A stretch of 64,000 bases of DNA from Pseudomonadota bacterium (GTDB taxonomy: Bacteria; Pseudomonadota; Alphaproteobacteria; Acetobacterales; Acetobacteraceae): assembly GCA_021818505.1 (NCBI GenBank), contig JAKADX010000001.1:111432-175431 (forward strand). Direction: 5' to 3'. The notes beneath the pieces are model-generated. The model was not told the origin of the DNA. It worked only from the letters and a program-made list of their open reading frames with translations, and searched no databases. Shown one piece after another: positions 25,938-34,597 of the stretch. Position numbers and translations under genes: made by a program. Each line of letters opens with the position of its first letter. Position 1 is the first letter of the stretch.

Positions 25938-28900
25938 GCGCGTCGCTCCTTCCGTCGGCGGCTCGCAGGGCGATGTTTAGTGATACTGACCGCCTCGCTC
26001 AGACGAGGCCCGCTCAAGCAAGGTTCGACCCGCGGCGGCGCGCGCAGCGCCAGCAGGCGGCGCGCCGTGCGCCAGACGTCGCCCACGCGGATGCCGCGCA
26101 GGCAGGCCAGCCCGCGATGGCAGTCGCGCGCAAAGGCCAGGTAACACGGGCTGCACGACATCTCCCGCCGCAACGCCATTGCGGCGGGGCCGAGCGGACC
26201 CCATTCGGTTGCATCGACGCTGCCGGAATGGATGGCCACCGTCGGCACACCGAGGGCGGCGGCGATGTGTTTGGGTCCGCTGTCGTTGCCGACATAGAGC
26301 GCGCAGGCGCGCAGCAGAACCGGCAGTTCGCCGAGCGCCAGGCTGCCGGCCAGCACCTTCACGCGCTCCGGCCGGCGCACCGCGTCGCGCACCGCCTCCG
26401 CGACCGGCGCTTCGTCCGGCCCGCCGATGATGACCGAATCGACGTCCGCTTCGGCCGTCATCAGGTCGATCAGGGCGGCGAAGTTTTCGGCCGGCCATTG
26501 CTTGTTCTCCGCGCCGGCGCCGGCATGGATCGCGACCAGCGGGCGCGCGAAGTCAAGCGCGGCGAGCGCGGGAAGCGCGGCGGCGGCCATGCGTGCATCA
26601 TCCGCGACCTGCCCATGTACGACGCGCCGGTCGGTGGCGCAGGCGCCGGCGACGGCATCGACAAAGGCCACCAGCGCCTCGCTGATATGCGCGCGCTTAT
26701 GCGTGCGCGCGAGATCGCCCTCCCACGCCACCGCGATATCGAGGAACGCGGTACGGTTGTCCTGATCGAAGCCGGCGAGCCAGCGTGCGCCGGTGTGCGG
26801 CAGCAGCATCCGCGTGTCCGGCTGGCGGCGCAGGTCGAGGGCAAGGTCGAAGCGGAATGGCGCGAGTTCCTCGCTGAGCGCATCAAGTTCGCGCTCGCCG
26901 ATGCTGCGCCGGCCATGTTCGGAAACCGCGTGGTAGAAGTCGAAACGGATGACGCGGTCGATCGCCGGCTCCAGATGCGCGAGCGCCTGCGAGGCGCCGG
27001 CGGCCAACACGCTCAGCTCGGCGTTCGGAAACGCCTGTTTGAGGCGGCGGAAGGCCGGGAAGGCAGCGATGAAGTCGCCGATATGATCGACCTTGACGGC
27101 GAGAATGCGTCGCACCTGATCTGCCGCGATCAGCGGATGGCCGATCGTCGACGCGCGCAGCGGCTCCTGGTCAGGCACGTAATCGTCGGTGTCCCGCGCC
27201 AGATGTGGGCTGAAATACGGATCGCCGGCGGCGAACAGGTCGCCCCAGCGGGCGCGGAAGCGGACGGTGTCGAAATCGTCGCCGAGTTCCGAGCGACTGG
27301 CCATCTCGTGATGAATGAGGCGCGCATAGGGCGTATAGATCACCGCCATCCCCGCCTCCCGCACGCGCAGGCAGTAGTCGAGGTCGTTGTTGATGACTGC
27401 GTGCTGCGCATCGAAGCCGCCGAGGCGCGCGAACACGTCGCGGCGCGTCAGCAGGCAGGCGCCGGTGACCGCGATGACGTTGCGCTGCGTCAGCGCCAGC
27501 CCGAACGGCCCCGGCTCGGTGGCGGGCGAAAAGCGGAAGGCATGGCGGCCAATGCTGCCGGCGAGGAACTGGCCGGCGTGCTGCACCTTGCCGTCGGGAT
27601 AGAGCAGCAACGGGCCGACCGCGCCGACCTCCGGCCGTCCCGCGTGTTCCAGCAGCGCGTCCAGCCAGCCATCCGCCGTCACTTCGATGTCGTCGTTGAG
27701 GAACAACAGGAAGTCGCCGCGCGCCCGCTCAGCCCCTTCGTTGTTGAAGCGTGACCAGTTGAACGGCCCGTCAATCGCGACGACGGTATCGGCATTGCCG
27801 CGCAGCCAGTCCTTCCAGCGCCCGGCGTCGGGCGCATCGGGAGGGATGTTGTCCAGTACGACGATTTCGATGCGCTCCGCCGGCGTGTGAGCGCGGATCG
27901 AGCGGATCGCGCCCTCCACCAGCCCCCGCGCGGCAGCGGTGGGAATGATGACCGAGACCCGTCCGGGTGCCGCCTGACGCCGCACCCGCCAGGTTCCGAG
28001 GATGCAGCCGACCTCGATCTCGGCCGTCACGCCGCGGCGGGCGAGCGCGCGCGATAGCGCGCGGCGCTCCGTGGCCGGCGGATCGAGCGCGCGGGCGCCG
28101 CGCGCGGCGAGCACCTTGGGGACGTGGCGGATCGTCGTCGCGGCCTCGGTCAGCCGCAGCACCAGATCGTACTCCCCATGTGCCGCCAGATCGCCCATCG
28201 TCGCGCCGACGCGCGCGAGCAACGCGGCCGTCGTGACCCACGGCCGCCCGATATAGTTGGTGGCGAGCAGCAGGTCGGGCGCGAAATCGGGCTTGAAGAA
28301 GGCCCGCGTCTCGCCGTCGGCCGGATCGACGCGCCGCTCATCGGCGTAGAGGAAGTCCGCACTCCGGTCGAGCGCGCTTTCCACCGCCAGTTCCAGCAGC
28401 GCGTCCTCGCCGAGTTCGTCGCCCGGCGCAAGCAGGCCGAACAGCCCTGGTCGATCCGGAGCCAACAGCCCGTCCAGCGGCGCCGCCGCGGCGTCCGCCA
28501 GCAGCCGCACGCGATCGGCGATCGGCAGCAATTCGTCCGGCAGGCTCGCCGCCGGGACCACCAGCGACCAGTCCCGCCAGGCCTGGCCGCGCAGGCTCTC
28601 CATCGTCGCCCGCAGGCGTCGGCGCTGTGCCGCGCTGTCGAGCGCGCCGACGAGCAGCAGCGTGAAGCCGGGACGCCAGTCGCAGGCGGCGAGCACCGCG
28701 TCGTGCAGGTCGATCTCCGCCTGCGGCATCTTGCGCCGCAGCGCCCATGGGCCGGCGCCGGGCAGGTCCGGTTCGCACTCGACGGCGAAGCCGATCTCCT
28801 GCACCAGCCCGGCGGCGTCGCGGATCACCACACGCACGACGTGCCGCCCGCGCGGCAGATTTTGCGGTGGGATCAGCATGGCGAAGCCGGCGTTCAGCGC

Positions 28901-30544
28901 CTGCTGCACCCCCAGCGCCTTGTGCAGGTCCTCGCGCCGGATGCCGCGATGCGCCTGGCCCAGCGAACGGCCATCGACGAACACCTCGATGCCCGCCAGC
29001 CCGGCAGCGGAGAACGCCCAGCCGGCCAGCGAGAGGAAGCCGCGCACGGTTTCGACCGCGCGGCCGTCGCGGATCGCCGGCTGGTCGAGGAAATAGCGGA
29101 TGCCCGCCTGCGATTCGCCGCTGGCGTCGAGTTCGGCGCCGCTGCCTTCGGCCCGCACCGGCACCTCCGCCTCGTGCTGCTCGCCGTCCCGTCCGCTGAC
29201 GACCAGGCGGACCAGGTGTTCGCCCTCGCACGCGCGGCCGAGCCGGGCGGTAAAGCGAAATCCACTGGTTCTGGCGGCAGCGTCGTCCGGGAACGCGAGT
29301 GCCACGTCGGGACGATCCTCGCCGAGTGTGGCCTCGCCCAGATCGGTCGCATCGAGATGCACGCGCAGGGACGCGGTGCCGGCGCGGCACAGCGCCCAGC
29401 CCTTCACGCGCAGCACGCCATCCTCGGTGAGCGCGGCGGAGTCACAGAAGAACCGCACCGACGCAGGTGCGGGCGGGGGCGGCGACGGCGATGCCGCGAC
29501 GACGAGCGGGGTCGTCGCGTCGCGCACCACGCCGCCGGCGGCGCTGACCACCGCGCGCGCGACCTGACCGGCGCGCGGGCGCTGCGGCAATTGCATGTGC
29601 AGGACGAAACCGCCCTGCGCCGAACCAGGATAGTCGGGATAGGCGAGGCCGACATCGGCGCGCGGCACCAGCAGTTCGGCCGCGCCCAGTTCGCGCTCGC
29701 CGAGATGGATGCGCACCTGCTCCAGCGGCGTCATGCTGACTGCCCAGCCACGCACGCGCAGCAGGCCGTCGGCATCGAGCTGCGCCTCCTCCAATGTCGC
29801 CAGCAGCGGCGGCGCGGCGGTCGCCTCGGCGCTGACGGCGATCCGATCGGTACAGGTGAGGCCAGCGCCGTCAGTCGCGATCGCGGTCAGATCACCGCAG
29901 GCCTGCCCGGGCGCCACGGCGCGACGCAGCGCGAAGCCGGCGAGCCGCGCATTTGGATACTGCGCCAGCGCCTCCGCCACGTCGCCGCGCGGCAGGCCGA
30001 TCTCCGCACGGCCGAGGGACTGTTCGCCGAGCCGGATCTCGATGCTGCGCAGCGGCCGCAACGCGACGCACCAGCCGCGCACGTGCAACTGGCCGGAGGA
30101 CGAAAGCCGCGCCTCCTCCAGCGTGATGCGCAGCGGCTCCGTCGCGCCGTCCTGCGGCGCCGGCACGGCCTCCGTCTCCTGCACCAGTTCGACCGCGACC
30201 GCGTGCTCGAACGCGCCCGCCCCAGTGCGCACCAGCAGGCGCAGCCGCGCCGGACCGGGGCGCGGGTCGCGCAATTCACAGTCGAACCGGAAACCGGGGA
30301 GAGCACGGCGCGCGGCGGCCGCGGTATCCGTCAGATCGGCGCGCAAAAGTCCCGTTTCGGCTTGCCCCAGTTCCGCGTCATCGAGGAACACGCCGATGGC
30401 GTCGATGGGTGCCGGCGCGAGGACCCAGCCGAAGCCGGCGAGCCGCCCGCGCAGCGGGATGCGCGCACCCTGCGCCGGTGCCTCCAGGACGAGCCGGAAC
30501 GTCCCGGCAGCGCCATCCGCGCCCTGCTGGCGCGGCCGTCTCAC
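25934..30544 (-). CDS. 1536-aa multidomain glycosyltransferase: five N-terminal repeats, degenerate GT2-like domain, GT2 domain and GT9 (heptosyltransferase-like) domain
   Basis: GT2: RVSVIIPTAAARG...IVVLDN...FLLFLNDDIEV...(aa ~860-1085). GT9: RRILAVKVDHIGDFIAAFPAFRRLKQAFPNAELSVL...YVGNDSGPKHIAAALGVPTVAIHS...CSPCY...C...C (aa ~1140-1500). GT2-like: FLYADERRVDP...FFKPDFAPDLLLATNYIGRPW (aa ~620-800). Confidence 0.8.
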   Translation of the reverse strand: MRRPRQQGADGAAGTFRLVLEAPAQGARIPLRGRLAGFGWVLAPAPIDAIGVFLDDAELGQAETGLLRADLTDTAAAARRALPGFRFDCELRDPRPGPARLRLLVRTGAGAFEHAVAVELVQETEAVPAPQDGATEPLRITLEEARLSSSGQLHVRGWCVALRPLRSIEIRLGEQSLGRAEIGLPRGDVAEALAQYPNARLAGFALRRAVAPGQACGDLTAIATDGAGLTCTDRIAVSAEATAAPPLLATLEEAQLDADGLLRVRGWAVSMTPLEQVRIHLGERELGAAELLVPRADVGLAYPDYPGSAQGGFVLHMQLPQRPRAGQVARAVVSAAGGVVRDATTPLVVAASPSPPPPAPASVRFFCDSAALTEDGVLRVKGWALCRAGTASLRVHLDATDLGEATLGEDRPDVALAFPDDAAARTSGFRFTARLGRACEGEHLVRLVVSGRDGEQHEAEVPVRAEGSGAELDASGESQAGIRYFLDQPAIRDGRAVETVRGFLSLAGWAFSAAGLAGIEVFVDGRSLGQAHRGIRREDLHKALGVQQALNAGFAMLIPPQNLPRGRHVVRVVIRDAAGLVQEIGFAVECEPDLPGAGPWALRRKMPQAEIDLHDAVLAACDWRPGFTLLLVGALDSAAQRRRLRATMESLRGQAWRDWSLVVPAASLPDELLPIADRVRLLADAAAAPLDGLLAPDRPGLFGLLAPGDELGEDALLELAVESALDRSADFLYADERRVDPADGETRAFFKPDFAPDLLLATNYIGRPWVTTAALLARVGATMGDLAAHGEYDLVLRLTEAATTIRHVPKVLAARGARALDPPATERRALSRALARRGVTAEIEVGCILGTWRVRRQAAPGRVSVIIPTAAARGLVEGAIRSIRAHTPAERIEIVVLDNIPPDAPDAGRWKDWLRGNADTVVAIDGPFNWSRFNNEGAERARGDFLLFLNDDIEVTADGWLDALLEHAGRPEVGAVGPLLLYPDGKVQHAGQFLAGSIGRHAFRFSPATEPGPFGLALTQRNVIAVTGACLLTRRDVFARLGGFDAQHAVINNDLDYCLRVREAGMAVIYTPYARLIHHEMASRSELGDDFDTVRFRARWGDLFAAGDPYFSPHLARDTDDYVPDQEPLRASTIGHPLIAADQVRRILAVKVDHIGDFIAAFPAFRRLKQAFPNAELSVLAAGASQALAHLEPAIDRVIRFDFYHAVSEHGRRSIGERELDALSEELAPFRFDLALDLRRQPDTRMLLPHTGARWLAGFDQDNRTAFLDIAVAWEGDLARTHKRAHISEALVAFVDAVAGACATDRRVVHGQVADDARMAAAALPALAALDFARPLVAIHAGAGAENKQWPAENFAALIDLMTAEADVDSVIIGGPDEAPVAEAVRDAVRRPERVKVLAGSLALGELPVLLRACALYVGNDSGPKHIAAALGVPTVAIHSGSVDATEWGPLGPAAMALRREMSCSPCYLAFARDCHRGLACLRGIRVGDVWRTARRLLALRAPPRVEPCLSGPRLSEAVSITKHRPASRRRKERRA
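28775..30502 (-). repeat. Five tandem, divergent protein-level repeats of ~105-118 aa in the N-terminus of the giant glycosyltransferase
   Basis: Shared pattern L.EA.L...G.L.V.GW.......L..V.I.L....LG.A..G..R.DV...(Y)P.....GF. Examples: LRITLEEARLSSSGQLHVRGWCVALRPLRSIEIRLGEQSLGRAEIGLPRGDVAEALAQYPNARLAGF, LLATLEEAQLDADGLLRVRGWAVSMTPLEQVRIHLGERELGAAELLVPRADVGLAYPDYPGSAQGGF, and VRFFCDSAALTEDGVLRVKGWALCRAGTASLRVHLDATDLGEATLGEDRPDVALAFPDDAAARTSGF. Two weaker flanking copies complete the set. Confidence 0.75.
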
Positions 30545-30783
30545 GGTCGGATCTTGCCCGCCAAAACCCGCGCAAGGTCGCCGACATTGTGCAGCGAATC
30601 GAGTTCCCGGGTGTGGAACTTGATGTTGTACTTTTCTTCCAGCGCAACAATGATCTCGATCTGCTTGAAGGAATCCCAGCCCGGCACGTCCTTCGCCGTC
30701 AGCGCGGGGCGCAGGTCCACGTCGCGCATGAACACATCGCGGAAGATCTCAGCCAAAACAGGATAGAATGCGGCTTCGCTCAT
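30541..30783 (-). CDS. Acyl carrier protein (stand-alone, non-FAS context)
   Basis: 80 aa. The phosphopantetheine-site context VPGWDSFKQIEIIVALEEKY is DS(L/F)-type. It starts 4 nt after the FkbH-like gene, and its stop overlaps the GTG of the giant GT (GTGA). Confidence 0.8.
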   Translation of the reverse strand: MSEAAFYPVLAEIFRDVFMRDVDLRPALTAKDVPGWDSFKQIEIIVALEEKYNIKFHTRELDSLHNVGDLARVLAGKIRP

Positions 30784-30787
30784 CGGA

Positions 30788-32686
30788 TCAGCCTTCTTTC
30801 ACGTCAATGAAGGTCTCGGCGCCGGTGAACGCGCGCAGATCAAGCGCGTAGCGCCGCGTCCCGTCGGCCTCCTCAACGGTGAGGCGAAACCCGAGACGGT
30901 CGTAATGGTCCTTCACCATGCCGTTCTTCTTCGTCGGAATGTATTCGCCGAGCAGCGTCGTGGCGCCGAGCGCAACCGCCTGATCGGCGATCAGGTTGAG
31001 GCTGGTCGGCTCGACCTGGCGGCCGAGCACGCGGCAGCTCATCAGCCAGGTGTCGATCAGCAGGTCGGCATCGTTCAGCATCCGGCCGATCAGGATGGCG
31101 ATGATGCCGTTGTCGCCGAAGCGATCGAGCAGCCGCAGTTGCAGGCCGAAGGCGCGCGGATCGGCGATGATCGCCAGCACGTCGTCCTCGGTGTGGCGGC
31201 GCGTTGTCAGATTGAACTGGTTGGTCTTGTTGATCAGTTGCACGGTGCGTTGCAGGCCGACGCGATCGAACCGCCGCCACAGCAACTGCATCTGAAGCCC
31301 GCGCAGATACGACGGCAGGTCGGTGGCGGCAGCGCGTAGCGCCTCGCGCGCGCGGTTACCCTGATACTGCGCGGCGCGGGCGCGGTCGTCGTCGGTGATC
31401 GCCACCGCCTCGAAATATCCGGCATCGGCCAGCGTCCGCGCGAACAGCGCCGGGTCGTCGCCGACCTCCGGCACAGCCACCATCGGCAGTTCCTGGCGCA
31501 CCAGGTTGCGCTCGAAGGGGTTGTCATCGACGAACACCAGCGCGTCCAGACCGATGTTCAGTTCCTGCGCGATGGCGCGGATGTTGGTCGCCTTATCGCC
31601 CCAGTTGGCGACGAAGCTGGCGATGTCGCCGCGCCGCAGCAGCATCTCGGGGTGCTTCGCGAACGGCTCCATGGCATCGGCCTCGTCGTTCTTCGAGCAG
31701 ACGGCGAGGATCACGCCGCGCCGCGACAGCTCGCGCGCGTAGTCCTGAAAGGCGATGTAAGCTTCGCCCAGCGCGCTGCCCTGGCCAAGCACCAGCCCTT
31801 CCAGCCCGTCATCGCCGACCACGCCGCCCCAGAGCGTGTTGTCGAGATCGAGCACGAGGCACTTGTACGATCGCCCCTGCCGGGCCGCGATCAGGCGCAT
31901 CAGCAACTCGCCATACATCGGCGCGGCCGCCGGCGACACTTCCTGCTTGGCACGGTGCCACAGCGCAGGATCGTGCCAGGCGTTGAGTCCGTCGAGCGCC
32001 GCGCGCGCATCCAGCGCCAGCAGGTCCACGCCCTCCGCCTCCGCCATCCGGCGCAGCTCCCCCGACAGCGCGGCGATGAAGGCGGCGCGCGAACCGGGTA
32101 GCCGCTGCTCATTGCTGCCGAGCAGCGCGGGATGCAGCGGCAGCGGCATCTGCTGGATGACCTGACAGGCGAAGGAATCGCGGATCGTGCGCCAGCAGTC
32201 GCGGATGCGCGCGGCGGTTTCCTGCAACGCCGCCGCCGCGTCCTCGTTCGTCATCGCCGATGAGACCCCGGCGGCGAGGTGATGCGCGTCCAGCGCCAGC
32301 AGCACCGCATTCGGTGCGAACGCGTGCAACGCCGAGCCGCGCTCGGCAAGTTCCTGCTGGTACTGGCCGAACTCGTTTTCGTAGATCGTCGCGTGCAGAC
32401 CGCGCCGTAGCGCCGCGACGCGGATGGCGGCGTGCAGGTGGGCGAAGGTGCAGGAACCGAGGATCGCCAGCCGCACCGGCTTGCCGATGGCGCCCGCCGG
32501 CACCGCGTCGCCGATCGCGCGGCGCAGCGTTTCGTCGAGCGCGTTGGTCCTGATGAAGTCGATCCGGGTGTTGGCCAGCGGGACCGCCGCATCCCATGCC
32601 GCCGCGGCATCGTCCGGCAGGCCCCGCAGCCGGCTGCGCCAGTCCGGCAGGTCCGGCAGCCAATACAATGCAGTCACGCCGCTCAT
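30788..32686 (-). CDS. FkbH-like HAD-IIIC family protein with a C-terminal GNAT-like region
   Basis: I take the start as MSGVTALYWLP at 32686 (632 aa). HAD motif I is KCLVLDLDNTLWGGVVGDDG. Other family motifs are AVCSKNDE, and VFVDDNPFER. The C-terminal ~170 aa (QLINKTNQFNLTTRR...GDNGIIA...MSCRVLGR) is typical of the FkbH/BF1531-like family. The upstream 86 codons of the track ORF look non-coding. Confidence 0.8.
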   Translation of the reverse strand: MSGVTALYWLPDLPDWRSRLRGLPDDAAAAWDAAVPLANTRIDFIRTNALDETLRRAIGDAVPAGAIGKPVRLAILGSCTFAHLHAAIRVAALRRGLHATIYENEFGQYQQELAERGSALHAFAPNAVLLALDAHHLAAGVSSAMTNEDAAAALQETAARIRDCWRTIRDSFACQVIQQMPLPLHPALLGSNEQRLPGSRAAFIAALSGELRRMAEAEGVDLLALDARAALDGLNAWHDPALWHRAKQEVSPAAAPMYGELLMRLIAARQGRSYKCLVLDLDNTLWGGVVGDDGLEGLVLGQGSALGEAYIAFQDYARELSRRGVILAVCSKNDEADAMEPFAKHPEMLLRRGDIASFVANWGDKATNIRAIAQELNIGLDALVFVDDNPFERNLVRQELPMVAVPEVGDDPALFARTLADAGYFEAVAITDDDRARAAQYQGNRAREALRAAATDLPSYLRGLQMQLLWRRFDRVGLQRTVQLINKTNQFNLTTRRHTEDDVLAIIADPRAFGLQLRLLDRFGDNGIIAILIGRMLNDADLLIDTWLMSCRVLGRQVEPTSLNLIADQAVALGATTLLGEYIPTKKNGMVKDHYDRLGFRLTVEEADGTRRYALDLRAFTGAETFIDVKEG

Positions 32687-32861
32687 GCCTCTGCGCCAAC
32701 AGCATCCTTGAAGCATCGCAGGCCGGCAAAAGCAACCGCGAAGGCCGCGGCGGCGATGGAAACGCAGTCCTGGACAGCAGCGCGACCAGTCAGTAACCTG
32801 TTCTCGACGGTAATCGGATCGAGTGGTTTTCGGACTGATCTGGCGTAGCGTACGCCGGACG

Positions 32862-34103
32862 ATGACCCGGGGGAGCATATTGATTCTGGCCAACGCTTCC
32901 CGCGTCGATGCGGACGGAGATAGGGATTCCGACTCCATCGGCAATGTTTACAAAGAGCTGCGCATCGACTTTTCCGCACGGGGCAACGGCGCGCCGTTCC
33001 GGCGGAGTGGCTGGTCCACCGCCGAGCCCGACGGCACCTGGTCGCTCGGCGGCGAAAGTCACATTGTGCTGCCGCCGCCGACGCACGTTGCGACGCATGT
33101 GCTGGTGCTGCAGATGCGCCCGATGGTCGCGGGCGCTGCAGTACCCGCGCAGCGGCTTCAGGTCCGCGTCAACGACGTGACGCTGGCGGACTTCCACATA
33201 GACCGCCGCACCACCCGCGCCTGCCGGATTCCGGTGCCGCTGCTGCGCCCGGGAGCGGAGCTGCGCATCGCCTTCGCGACACCCGACGCCGCCCGGCCCG
33301 CCGATCACGGCCAGGGCGATGACGATCGTGTGCTCGGCATCAACCTCGCGTCGCTGCATCTCTATCCCGACATCCATGAAAATGCGTGCGACGACGCGCT
33401 GCTCGACCGCGACGAGCCGGTGGCGGTGGACGCCGCCGCGGTAATGTCTGTCGAACAGATGAATCTACCCGACCTGATGCTGACGTTCGAGAGCCTGGGC
33501 CAGAACTGCGAGTTCGGCCTGGTGCAGCGCAAGTGCGGCGCGGAGCCGCTCGGCCTCCTTCGCTTCTCGTCCACGCCGCTGATGCCGCTGCTCGAGGCGC
33601 TGGACGCGCGCTTCGCCGGCATGGGCGCGCCGGAGAGCATCAGCGTCGATCTCTCGCCGAATGGCCGGGAATACATGGTCACCGACCGCCGCTTCGGTTT
33701 CACCTACCACGCCTGGGTCAACGCCGGGGAAATGCATCCCGAGGACATCATGCGGCGCGAGGCGCGGCGCGTGCCGTTCTTGGTGCGCAAGCTGATCGAG
33801 GACCTGGAGAGCGGCCAGAAGACCTTCGTGTTCAAGGGTATGGGACCGATCACGGAGGAAGAAGCGTTCCCCCTCGCCATGGCGATCCGCCGCTACGGAC
33901 CCAACCGGCTGCTGCTGGTCAACCCGGCCGAAGCCGGGCAACGCGTTGGAGCGGTGGCGGCGCGTGCGCCCGGATTCATGGTCGGCTATGTCGATCGCTT
34001 CGCCCCCGGCGACAATGCGCACGATCTGTCGCTCGGAAGCTGGGTGAAGGTCTGCCGGGAAGCACACCGATTGCGGGTCATGGCGCAGTCGGCCCGGCGA
34101 TAG
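32862..34103 (+). CDS. Hypothetical two-domain protein, divergent from the FkbH operon
   Basis: 413 aa from ATG 32862. The N-terminal part has a GW..AEPDGTWSLG motif. The C-terminal part begins FESLGQNCEFGLVQRKCGAEPLGLLRF, which is reminiscent of DUF1796-type (papain-fold-like) proteins. That is a recollection, not a verified match. Confidence 0.6.
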   Translation: MTRGSILILANASRVDADGDRDSDSIGNVYKELRIDFSARGNGAPFRRSGWSTAEPDGTWSLGGESHIVLPPPTHVATHVLVLQMRPMVAGAAVPAQRLQVRVNDVTLADFHIDRRTTRACRIPVPLLRPGAELRIAFATPDAARPADHGQGDDDRVLGINLASLHLYPDIHENACDDALLDRDEPVAVDAAAVMSVEQMNLPDLMLTFESLGQNCEFGLVQRKCGAEPLGLLRFSSTPLMPLLEALDARFAGMGAPESISVDLSPNGREYMVTDRRFGFTYHAWVNAGEMHPEDIMRREARRVPFLVRKLIEDLESGQKTFVFKGMGPITEEEAFPLAMAIRRYGPNRLLLVNPAEAGQRVGAVAARAPGFMVGYVDRFAPGDNAHDLSLGSWVKVCREAHRLRVMAQSARR

Positions 34104-34129
34104 ACGCCAGCCCCTCAGCGCGGCACGCG

Positions 34130-34597
34130 TCAGCCCAGCGCCTGCGCCGCCGCCATGACCTCCTGCGCGTGGCCCTCGACCTTCACCTTTGGCCATATGC
34201 GCGCGATCCGGCCGTCCTTATCGATCAGGAACGTGCTGCGTTCCATGCCCATGTATTTGCGGCCGTACATCGACTTCTCGACCCAGACGCCGTACGCCTC
34301 CGCCACCTGCGTGTCGGCGTCCGAGGCGAGCGGGAATTTCAGCGCGTATTTCTCAGCGAACTTCTCGATCGGTTTGATCTTGTCCTTGGACACGCCGATC
34401 ACCTCGATGCCGATGCGACCAAGTTGCGGCAGCGACTCCTGGAACGCGCAGGCCTCCCTGGTGCAGCCGGGTGTGTCCGCCTTGGGATAGAAATACAGCA
34501 CGAACGGCCGCCCGCGTAGCGCGGCGAGGCTGACGCTGCGCCCGCCGCTGGCCGGCATGGCGAAATCCGGAGCGGTATCGCCCTCCTTCAGGCTCAT
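34130..34597 (-). CDS. bcp: Thioredoxin-dependent thiol peroxidase (peroxiredoxin Bcp)
   Basis: GDTAPDF...LYFYPKADTPGCTREAC. 4-nt overlap with the glnE stop. Confidence 0.9.
   Translation of the reverse strand: MSLKEGDTAPDFAMPASGGRSVSLAALRGRPFVLYFYPKADTPGCTREACAFQESLPQLGRIGIEVIGVSKDKIKPIEKFAEKYALKFPLASDADTQVAEAYGVWVEKSMYGRKYMGMERSTFLIDKDGRIARIWPKVKVEGHAQEVMAAAQALG

Noticed and set aside
32687-32944. 5' extension of the FkbH-like ORF, and similarly 46081..46617 for the acyltransferase and 21476..21619 for cdsA
   Set aside because: The extensions are Arg/Cys-rich with no family similarity. Internal starts give family-typical N-termini and sensible intergenic spacing or overlaps.
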